A stretch of 64,000 nt of DNA from Haliotis cracherodii (Eukaryota), in contig NW_027266273.1 in the NCBI RefSeq assembly GCF_022045235.1, forward strand, positions 29,140,001 to 29,204,000, given 5' to 3'. Of this stretch, positions 40,021 through 50,774 are shown one piece after another. The number at the start of each line of letters is the position of its first letter. Position 1 is the stretch's first letter. The translations under genes were made by a program, and so were the position numbers. Under the pieces are notes generated by a model. It had not been told where the DNA came from. It did not search any database and worked only from the letters and a program-made list of their open reading frames with translations.

Positions 40021-41074
40021 CCGTATTTTCTTGAGTATAGTGCACACGAATTATGAGTTTTGATGTTTTTTCCCCCAATGGAAAGACATTACCGTGAGCA
40101 CGTAACACCGGAAATACCATGTCAACAAATCCATACTGAAGTACGCAAATTATTCATGTAATTACACAGTCTGGCTATAAAAAGTGTTCTTTGTATAACT
40201 GGACTTATATTTGTACTTATTTCATTAATTTTATTCAAAATTCCTTTTAATATTGTTTTAATTAATTTCGGCGAAATCGTGTGTGAAGCGATCGGAAGAT
40301 AGCACAACTCACCGTTATTAACAGCAACCATGGTCAGATTACCGCTATTGACGCCTTGAAACAAACTTTAGTTGACAGAGAATGGATACATATATCATAA
40401 ATGCCATACTTTGGATCGTTAAAGGTCATATTTGTTTTTGTTGGACGATTCTATGTCAACACGTAATTCTCGCAATCACGCGATCACGTGCACAGGAGCC
40501 TTGACGGTGAATGGTCAGATTGGTTTCATGTAAAAAATAATACCCGGCAATAGCGATCAGCTGCTTCGCTTAGGGTTATTATTATTTTAAATATGTTCAG
40601 TAAAACTTGCATCTAAATTAACAAGATATTGGAATATATTATTCCTGATAAAAAAAAGTTTCAGATACAATTTTTACCGATCCTTGCATTAAAAATACTG
40701 TAAAGTTATATCATTGGGTGTGTCTTGACCGAATCACCGGTAGATTCCAAGAAAACGTATGTACAGCTGATTGCTGTGTCCGGCTTAGTTTACGAGAAAA
40801 TACACAAGGTTATCTTAATCCCTGGATATAAAACAATGCCTAGTAGAACAAAAAATACAATTTTAACGGTAAATCAACATGTCTGGTGATTTTTTATCTC
40901 AAATTTCGAATTTGTACTGACCAAGTTTCTCATCACCCATTCGTTTGCTGGACTTGCTGTACGGTGTAATTTTTTCTGCGCATAATATTCAAATTTTTTT
41001 TTTCCAAAATATTGAATCCGCTAGAGGGGGGTGCGCATTATACATGGGTGCGCACTATACTCAAGAAAATACAG
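40021..41074. mobile_element. pogo/Tigger-type MITE, TA TSD
   Basis: TIR ccgtattttcttgagtatagtgc / gcactatactcaagaaaatacag, with TA on both sides. Confidence 0.9.
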
Positions 41075-41333
41075 TAATTGCTCTGGAAGTTCACTATGCT
41101 CATCATCAGCTTCAACTTCATCAACATATTCTTCCCTGCACCAGACATCTTTACATTCCAAAATTTGATACTGGCGCTCTATAAACATATATTTAGTCAA
41201 AATCTTAAACAAAAGCAACAAAACATTATCTGTGCTTGTAGAACCATGAAGGATGAGATCAGAATTCAGAACCTTTATGTCCTTGATAACTGGCGCATGG
41301 CTGAATGGGCCATTATTAAATCTTAGCTGCAAG

Positions 41334-41476
41334 GACCACCTCCGTGGTCAGGTCATAAGCGTCTGCCCAAAGAGTGAAAGGTCAGGGGTTTGATCCCCAG
41401 CCGCGTCATACCAAAAGACATCGCTATTAAAGTGCAATAATCTTGGAAGTGACGTTAAACCCCATTTAACCTCACC
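41334..41476 (+). mobile_element. tRNA-derived SINE, 13-bp TSD TCTTAGCTGCAAG
   Basis: Box A-like (tggtcaggtc) and box B-like (ggtttgatcccc) motifs, tail gacgttaaacccc...ctcac, and TSD at 41321-33 and 41477-89. Confidence 0.85.
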
Positions 41477-41789
41477 TCTTAGCTGCAAGATTTGTGAACT
41501 TTTTTGTCTCCAAATTCAAAAACGAAAAGAGAATGACACACAGTCCATGGGCAAAACCAGATACCCATGCACATTTTCAGCAATGATTGGCTATAAACAT
41601 GGACACAGGTTTCACCAGTTAATGTTAAAGCGGCTGTATGATTCAACAGGACACGGGAGAACTCTTCTTTAATGGATTTATTGGCATACACCTGTAAACA
41701 AGAGCTACCAGGCATAACAATTCCCTAGAGCAAGGAGAGTCGAGTAAGGGAGATGACTCCCATTTTTAATAACCTGCCTTGTTCTTTTC

Positions 41790-44601
41790 CTTTTTGAGTT
41801 TAGACCTGGCTGTGATGGAGTGCTAGAGTCAACAGAGAGTTCAGACCAATCTGAAATAAGGCTGGTGTCAGGTTGGGGATTATCATCGAGCTCCTGATAT
41901 TCTGACTGTTGGATTGGCGGAGTGAGGAATACAAGGGGAATCTGTGGTGCACAAGGTACCGTATATCGCTGTGTATAAGGCGACCCCACGTATAAGACGA
42001 CCCCCCTGTACACGCCTTAAAAATCAACCCAAAATCCTATACTCCGTGTATAAGGCGACCTGGAAAGAAACACATCACAAGTCTGACTGATATACCGGTA
42101 GAAGATTTAACGTGCTCTTGCCGACTGATGCGTATTTTGCACACATCACAAGTGCACACCCAAACCTTATATATGCAATAAAAATATGTTTATCTTGCGT
42201 TGGTTTTTTTTCTAAAATGATAGGTCGAGTGTGTAACTCCGGCACACGTCGCCATTTTGTGTTTACACGGTACGACACCAAATTGGTGCCCGTAAAATAA
42301 AATTCATTTATGAAGTAATAACATATAAGAGACAATGGTGAGTAATTTAATCGCCAATTAACTATGTTGTAACTAACTAGGCTTATGTTTGCTTCACATT
42401 CAGCGTGTTTATTCCACAATCACTTGTCCACACCGTCTCCAACACTTGTTAATACAACTGTAAAAACAGCGGGAATTGATTTCAGCTTCACCGGTTATCA
42501 CATGTTAGGTCACATGTGCAATATGCAAATGATTACCGGTACTTCCGGCTCTCTACTCACGGATGTTGATTGTTTTACCGTGTCAGCTGGTTTGACAATC
42601 TGCATCGAGGAGAGGGTCATTTCAACTTTATTTGCAGAAATTATTAAACTTTATTCAAGGAAAAGAGATCCAAATCATGTTTATGTATGGAAATAGTTAT
42701 TTGAACAGTTATTTAGGACGAAATGCGAAGTTTTATTGTCAAATGCTGGGCTGGCTATCGGACGCCGGTTGACATCGCCAGTGGAAAAAAATGTGAGATC
42801 TTCGACTCCGTGTATAAGACGACCCCCCTTCTTAGCCCCCTCATTTTAGGTACGAAAAACTCGCCTTATACACAGCGATATATGGTAGTTGAGGAAGTGA
42901 GACAAGTTGATCATCGCTGTCCAAGTGTCTTTGCTGGCAATTTCATCCTTAGTTGTCTCGGTACAAAAGGGCACCTTGTAACATTCTGAGAGCTTCACTC
43001 TACCACTTGTGGTGTAGTTGGAAGCCATCCTTGGCAACTACCAGATAATGGTTTCCTGCGCATGTTTTGTTGCGATCATTGTGCAGGTACACAAAGTCAT
43101 CAATCTCAGTTTGGTCAGTAACACAGCAGTGACCTTGAGAAGCCTTGGATTTCTCCCTGGGAACATAGTTTGCTTTACGACTAGCAAGTTGATCCATGAT
43201 AAGCTGTTTGTCTGACATAGGCAACTGACAGTTAGTGAACTAACATCCCACGAGATGATAGACCCAGAGAGCAAATTTGTGAGTTTAAGTGAGTTACAGC
43301 AATGGTAAGGGCAGTCCAAGTGGTGGGGCCATGTACTTGGTCTTAACGCACCAACTCATCTCCAACTCTGGCATGGCCTTCTCAGCAACAGGGTTCTTGT
43401 TCTTGGTTTTCACTCTAAGTATTTCCAATGACAATCTGTGTTGTTGAGGAAGCTTATTCTTCTAGAGATTGATGAAACCTGGAGCATGGTCGGTACGGAT
43501 AACAACATAGAGGACCATCAAGATGTCGGAATTCAATATGTAGGCGGATCACGGCTTCACAAAGAGTGGAACCACGCTCATCCTCTTCAATGCAAGCTGT
43601 GTAGGATGTAACACATTCACGTAGGACAAGAATGAACTGTTGTTTGCGTCACATGACATATGACACAAAAGTGAAACAAATACTTTCAGAGGGGTCTACC
43701 AGGACATGTGGTGTCTTCCTCCGGGAGGCACATTGGTGGCAGGATTCTGTGATAGTTCTCAATTAACTTGTCCAAATCCAAAGCAAAGAAGTATCTGTGA
43801 CACACTTGTTGAGTCGATGAGCTGAAGCACTAGCTATCTGAATGTGCATGGTAGTAAGGAGTCCGTCTAATACCTGTCTCGGAACGACAATACACTCCCT
43901 TGTTTGGCGGAGTGGGTCTGTTCATCGGACCACAAGCAAGTCATCTTTAGAGATTGTTGTTGCATTTAAATATCTCTTGACATCTTTAACATTTGTGAGT
44001 TTCCTAGAGGGTCTGGTATCTTAAAGAAGGTGTATGTTGGTCTATCAAAGATCTTGGTACTCCTCCTGTAGAGACCGCCAAGCTGGTCTTCTTGTAAACA
44101 GAAGTCAACTGGTTCCATTCATGATGTCAGAAATGGTAATGTGTCTGACAACAGTCTTCTGTGCGCTCAATAAATGAGGAAATTTGTCAAGATAGGTTGT
44201 CATATTCTGGGGCATTTCGGCTTGCTAAGTCAGATGGTGCATTTACCGAACCTGAACTGTTGCCTGATTTTGACTGACTGTCGACAAGAAAGTAGAGACA
44301 CAGGGTCTAGCAGAAAATTCTTTTTGACATAACTTCGCAAATGCCAAAACACAAGGTCTGCTGTCAGTGAGGATACATGTTTTGAGTTTAGATTGTATGA
44401 TGAAAGGACTGAAGTGCTTGGTGGCGATAGTGATGGACAGTGCTTCTACCTCAAATGGTAGCCAGGTGACCTGAAATGTACAGGTTAGCACCAATTCCAT
44501 AGTTGATCCTCAGGGCAAGGAAGAACAGAGGAGAGTCCTGTCTGTGTCGTTTAAAAAGCCTCAAGTAAATGGTCGGTCCAGAATAGCTTTTGCTTTGATT
44601 G
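41790..44601 (-). mobile_element. Gypsy-like pol remnant, 3' part (RNase H, integrase, tail)
   Basis: [27 protein letters not shown]...LTDSRPC; IRTDHAPGF...KNKNPVAEKA; VYLHNDRNK. Continues at 58925. Confidence 0.85.
41959..42885. mobile_element. pogo/Tigger-type MITE, TA TSD
   Basis: TIR ccgtatatcgctgtgtataaggcga / tcgccttatacacagcgatatatgg, with internal gtataaggcgacc subrepeats. Confidence 0.92.
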
Positions 44602-44689
44602 CCCTTACGAAAAAAAAGGCCTGAAAAGATGCATCCCAGACCGCCTTAATCATTCCCCGCAAAGCACATTTTTACCTTCTCCGCAGGGT

Positions 44690-45505
44690 CTTCAGGAAGT
44701 CTCTAAATATTCCCAGCAAATGTCTCCATACCATCTCGGCAAACCACTCCCAACTTGCAGCTTGCCAAGAAGTATCAGAGACTTCCTTACAGTACCTACT
44801 GAAGTAGTCTCCGATACCGCCTCAGAACTAACCTTTTATGGCTAATTAAATATGCTTTGAAACATCCCGGCAAAACTACTAAGGAAGTCCCCAGTTATTC
44901 TCCACAAACTTGTGTTACATAATCAAAGATGTTTTTGAAGCATCCCTGCAACACTTGCAAGGAGGTCTCCGAAGCGTCTTCACAAATCTATCAGGGGTAA
45001 TTAAATGCTTTGAACCATCCCAGCAAACCTTCTTAGGAAGTCCCTGAATAGTCTCCACAAACTATTATTAGGTAATTAAAGATGTTTCTGAAGCATCCCT
45101 GCAACACTTGCAAGGAGGTCTCCGAAGCGTCTTCACAAATCTATCAGGGGTAATTAAATATGCTTTGAACCATCCCGGCAAACCTTCTTAGGAAGTCCCT
45201 GAATAGTCTCCACAAACTATTATTAGGTAATCAAAGATGTTTCTGAAGCATCCCAGCAACACTTGCAAGGAGGTCTCCGAAGCGTCTTCACAAACCTATC
45301 AGGAGTGATTAAATATGCTTTGAACAATCCCGGCAAACCTTTTTAGGAAGTCCCTGAATAGTCCCCACAAACTATTATTAGGTAATTAAAGATGTTTCTG
45401 AAGCATCCCCGCAACACTTGCAAGGAAGTCTCCAAAGCGTCTTCACTAACATGAGTAATTAAATATGCTTTGAACCATCCTGGCAAGCCTTCTTAGGAAG
45501 TCCCC
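44690..45505. repeat. Left subterminal array, about 154-bp unit, 4-5 copies
   Basis: gaagcatccc.gcaacacttgcaagga recurs near 44941, 45094, 45249 and 45404. Each unit consists of two related halves. Confidence 0.92.
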
Positions 45506-46027
45506 ATTACAAAGGTGTTTCAGTGACACTTTTCATCATTTTCAGTAATACATTGCTTATATCATAATCTAGTCTCTGAAACATCCTTGCCAAACATGTA
45601 CTGTCAAAAATGAGATAACAAAGATGCATGGTATTCTCTTTATTTGAAGTTCGCCGGATTGTTCTCACTTTGTGTGACGAAAGTGTTTTTCTTTCACCAA
45701 ATTGATTTTAGACTGACATTTGTAACTTTCACAGTGTTCATTACATAAGCAGCAGCTTCAACAACATAGGTGAGGTGTTTAGCTGGGTGATCCTGTTTCC
45801 TGCTTCAAAGGAGAGATGAGCTGGTCAGCATGGAATGATGTTGCATACCAGACAGTTTTCGGTGGTGGAAGTACCACCACCAACAGAGCACGAGCCACCA
45901 TTTACGGCAAGCATGGGTTTCTGAAGACTACCCCGGATCTTCAAGCAGACACTTCAAGGGGCTGAAATGGGATAAAATAGTACTATTAATCTGTGACAAA
46001 ATTATTATAAAAATTATAGGATGTCAA

Positions 46028-46147
46028 GAGTGAGTGAGTATGGTTTTACGCCGCTCTTAGCAATATTCCAGCAATATAACGGCAGGTGACACCACAAATG
46101 GGCTTCACATATTGTACCCATGTCGGGAATCGAACCCAGGTCTTAGG
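46028..46147 (-). mobile_element. 5'-truncated tRNA-SINE with (TCAC)n tail, in the last intron
   Basis: Minus strand has box B ggttcgattccc...gcggcgtaaaaccatactcactcactc. Confidence 0.85.
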
Positions 46148-47589
46148 ATGTTAAGAAGACGCATTAAAAACTATTTTTGCTACCAGATTACTGATGTAAC
46201 AAATGAAACACAATATAAACTTACCCTGGCTCATTCGCCTGAATGCATTTCTCAAGGTACAAATCTTCTTGCTAAGTGCATCAGAAAACTGATTGGGAAG
46301 CAACTTGAGCCTCTCAGTGGCAAAAACTGCAAAATAACAAATCATTTGATAAAATAAAATAATATAAAATGACATTGTTGTATTTAATATTTATAGTATA
46401 TATCCATTATCAGTGTATTTAAATTCTTTAATACCGCTTTCGGGGGGTATTTATTAATTTCCTCATGAAACTTGAGAATTTGAGTTGTTTAGATAATACT
46501 TACTCTCTAGAGCCTGCAATACAACGGCATGTTTTCTTTTAAACATTGCAGCAGTGCCTTGTCCAACGTCGGAGGGTTCAAAAAATCCATCCATGAAGCG
46601 CTTTAGTTTCCCACAATCCCCTACATTGCAAGACTTTGCCATCACATGTGCATACCATGTGATGGGAACGGCCAGGCTGGCACCTTGAGTCAGTAGTTGA
46701 TATCCTGATGGGAGCTTGTCATCTCCCCTGAGCTGTACCTGTTAACCCAAAAATTATGAGCAATTCAAATGACATGCAGTAGTGAAGTAAAAAACAACTG
46801 TATGCAAATTAAATTCAATTTCGGAAGCTGAAATGTCTATAAACAGCATATTCATTTACTTACATAATGGCATCTTGGCACCTGTACGCCTCGAAGGGGC
46901 TTGTACGTTGGCGGCTTCGTTGTGGTGTCTGCAAAATATTAAACAACAAAAAATTATTCTATGGGGTAGTGTTGTGATGTGAACAACTAGGATAACAAGG
47001 TGAAGATTTATTTTTTTGTGTTATTTGTATATTTTATTTATTTACCATTTTTTTTATTTTAACATTTCCATTTATTATACTGGTATTGCATATAATAAGA
47101 ATAGCAACTGATTTTTTTTTAAAGATGATTTTCAAGCATCTCTGTTTCAACATACCTGGCACATTTGTCTGAAGTTCACGAACTTCTTCTTCGGCCTTAA
47201 GGGCTCGGTCCCTCCAAAGGTTTAGTTCTGTTTGTAGCGTTTGTATCTGCACTTCTTTCAAAGGGCAGTCTTCACAGCTTCTTAGCAGAGCCGTAAATGC
47301 GCCAGGTTCTTGGGCAGTTAGTTGAGGGGTGGGGGACTGTTGCTATACATGCTTAAAAGGGTTGTAGGTTGTGATAGGCCATTGTTGTGCGCTGGGGTGT
47401 TGGGTCAGCAAGGCTGGGGAAGGCTGGGGTAGGCAAGGCTGGTTAGGAAATGCAAGGGGGGGGTTGTAAAGGCTGGGGAGAACTGTGGTAGTGGTTTGAA
47501 GGCTGAGGAGAGTGCAGTGACTGGGAAGGCTGGGAAGGTTGATGTGAGCGAGAAGGCAGAGATGAGTGAAGCAACTGGGAAGGCCAGGT

Positions 47590-47995
47590 GGAGTTACTTG
47601 ATGGGGAAGGCTGATGCGAGTTAGTGGACGGGGAAGGTTGATGCGAGTTACTTGATGGGGCAGGCTGATGTCAGTTAGTGGACGGGGAAGGTTGATGCGA
47701 GTTAGTGGACGGGGAAGGTTGATGCGAGTTAGTGGACGGGGAAGGTTGATGCGAGTTAGTGGACGGGGATGGTTGATGCGAGTTAGTGGACGGGGAAGGT
47801 TGATGCGAGTTAGTGGACGGGGAAGGTTGATGCGAGTTAGTGGACGGGGAAGGTTGATGCGAGTTAGTGGACGGGGAAGGTTGATGCGAGTTAGTGGACG
47901 GGGATGGTTGATGCGAGTTAGTGGATGGGGAAGGAGGCTGATGCGAGTTACTGGATGGGGAAGGAGGCTGATGTGAGTTACTGGATTGGGAAGGC
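47590..47995 (-). repeat. 27-bp coding minisatellite (SPSTNSHQP)n
   Basis: About 14 copies of gttgatgcgagttagtggacggggaag. Confidence 0.95.
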
Positions 47996-50017
47996 TGGAG
48001 TGCTCTGCTAGTGAACAAAGATTTTGCCCTCTGGTTAGCAAGTCTGGAGCGAAGTTCCTGCTGATTTTTCTTTGCCGCCTTCAGAACTGTTGAAAAAAGA
48101 ATACATGTTACACAGGATGACAAAATCAATGCTTCATAATTCATGATACAGTAAAAATAAATTGCAAACAAAGAGCATTAAAGGCATTCAGGTGAAATGG
48201 TTCAAGGTATAATGTTTTAATAGCTACAGAACAAACCACTTGTCTGTGACTTGGCTGATGCTAGCCTGGTCTTCTTGTTCCTCTTGGATGGAGATTCTGA
48301 AGGAAAACAACAACAAATAAAGCAGGTACCAAACTAGATTTAAATGTTATCAATTAGTTGAGATCTTGTGATTAGACAGTTAATAGTGATGTCCATGTTT
48401 GTTGACCAAAATCATTACACACTAAATGTGTTCTAGAGTAATGTAAGAAATGGTCATGCAATTTACAAGTACTCAGTGCTCAAACACTCAAGTTTGAATT
48501 ATTCCATAATGCAGAGATTGTAGACTACCTAACACAGGAAAGATTATGTATTTTGTAACACACCTCTATTCCTTACTATGATTCCGAGTATCATCATAAT
48601 TGAACATTACATTTTTTAAATTAACTCTTTACCTATGCGTGCAAGTTTCATAACTTATTTAGTAACAGTAACCTAAAATTAAATATACCCCCTGACACTT
48701 AAAAAAACAACTGACCTTGGAGTACCACACTGGTGATGGTGGCATCATAAAAACAACCAGTATCTGGCCACCAGGCAGCAACTGGCATCTTCTCCTTAAC
48801 CCCCTCCCACGTAACAGGCTCATCATCAGGAGTTGTAACTTCTCCCAAGTCTGTTATATATCTTTCCTTTTTATCTTCAAACTGCACCACTAGGAAGGGG
48901 GCTGAAAAGTCAAGTTGCATTCATTAATAACATAAAACTAAACTGTCAGGCAAAGTTGACAATAACTTTACAACAAATATTATTACAACCTGGTGCCAGC
49001 CCAAATCATAATTCTAGATGTCTGCCGTAATAGCCATGGTGCATGTCGACGGGGAAATCGGCATAAAGCAACGTAATTTTCATGAACCACAACATTTACA
49101 GGAACGATGGTAATATATTCATTTCCAACATATACATTACAGTAAAAGAATTGCCCTTACTTGAGAGTTCTTTAAAAAAAAATCTACCAACCTCCTCGTG
49201 AAAACAGCAGGTTCCAAAATGGCGGCGATACGGTACCATACAACTATTGACATTTGTGTGTAAAAAAGCAAACTATGTTTCATTTTATAAAAAAATAATT
49301 TAAAACAGAGTTTAAAATAAAACAAATATATATTGTTATCTAATAATTTAATAATTTCATAAACACAGACTACAGTATGTGATCATATTTCACATTTCAG
49401 TGACCAGGTACCTAATTTGTTTTGGGAAAATACTATATATCCCAATCCACCCTTCGCCGCCCCGTAAATCTTACGGAGAAGCACGATGTGATCGAAACGT
49501 GAAATCTGGAAGTCCGGCACAATATTACAAGCAATTACATCTATGCCTATTATTTTTTAGTGAATAATCACTGGCAGTCGTAAATTATATAAATAAAAGG
49601 TCCAACATTTAAAGTTATGATTTAAACTTCAGCCATATTTATTACATAAAAAAAACGTTTTTCCATTTCAGTTTTGAGGTTCCCAAATTAAGAACATAAA
49701 TATACGATTCATGAATGGACATTGAAAAGGATTTCTTTTTCAGGTCACGCTAAAATTTAGTTCAATATCTAAATGAGAATTGGTTTGGATGGGGGTCGTT
49801 TCTGTGGTATGTAGACAATGTAGGGGGCAATAATTTATAACATATATTTACGTTAACCAAATCTAACATATCTAGATCTTATATAAATCTAAAATGTACC
49901 TACCATTTGTTCGGGAACATACGTTGTCTTCCTTGCTGAACTCGGAGTCAGCGTACCTCGATGAAGGTTTGGTGACTCTCTTATTGCCACGGATTTCAGC
50001 CATCTTAGAGGGTGACG

Positions 50018-50228
50018 TACGTTTGTGGCAAAAGTATTCTTTTCAACTCAAGAGCGGACAGATCTCACAAATTTGATGAAAGCGATAAATTGGACAATGT
50101 ACTGACGGAAGCGGACAAACTGATTACGTTTGTGGCAAAATTCTTTTTAGCGTAAAAGCAGACAGATCTCACAAATTGGATGAAAGCGATAGATTGGGCA
50201 GTATTGACGGATGCGAACAGACTGATAA
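50018..50228. repeat. About 105-bp tandem duplication in the intergenic region
   Basis: tacgtttgtggcaaaa...gacagatctcacaaatt.gatgaaagcgata...actgat occurs twice. Confidence 0.85.
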
Positions 50229-50774
50229 CATTTGACGGAAAAAGGCAAACTATTTATATGCAAGTGCTTGTGAAAGGCAAATCTATTAGGTATGATCGGA
50301 GTCAAAACACATTGGTAATATAATTGACATGAGAGGGGCTGACAATTGTTTTGTTGAAACTGACCAGCCTGTGCCCACGCGGAAGTTGGCTTCAGTCCAC
50401 TATATTGTCAACTTCGTATATATACTTATGTAAACATGGCTGTGCGTCTCACACTTGTGACCAGCTTTTCAAATGGTACTGACATCACACACACCTAAAA
50501 CAAAAGACTTGTCACAGGAAGTCGTTTGACAACGCACTGTACATATCTTAATCTGCTTATGCTGTGTTGTGACAAGTTGGCCGAACTTTTACGAGTAGGC
50601 TTTCGGTTCCAAAAACTGCCTAATGTGATGACACGCATGATGAATGGACGGCTTTGAAAATTGCTAAATGAGTTAGAATGTACTGATATTTTAATCTGCA
50701 TTCAAAGAAGAATGAGAGGAACCAATCAAAGGTATCCGCACCCGAGTCATTATAAAGATAGATCGAACGTGCAA

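Larger units (their letters stand above)
45954..48901 (-). pseudogene. Spliced transposon accessory gene: Tudor-like / SP-rich repeat / coiled coil / BEN-like (mildly disrupted)
   Basis: GT-AG exons 48901-48716, 48296-48237, 48086-47156, 46928-46864, 46738-46504, 46326-46225 and 45961-45954 (TGA) are phase-compatible. AATAAA lies at about 45640. The long exon has two stops and one frameshift. The first exon is unresolved. Confidence 0.8.

Noticed and set aside
44690-45505. CRISPR-like array
   Set aside because: Whole units repeat with no unique spacers, there are no cas genes, and the context is a eukaryotic transposon end.
46100-46147. tRNA gene (also 41334 and 61900)
   Set aside because: Only box-like motifs with SINE bodies and tails; no full cloverleaf.
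47668-47976. Plus-strand (RVSGRGRLM)n ORF and the 232-aa (LPRPLTRIN)n ORF as separate genes
   Set aside because: By-products of the 27-bp repeat. Splice phase supports the SPSTNSHQP frame.
48990-49045. First coding exon of the accessory gene (MHHGYYGRHLEL*FGLAP)
   Set aside because: Phase fits but it contains a TGA and has a weak donor; left unassigned.
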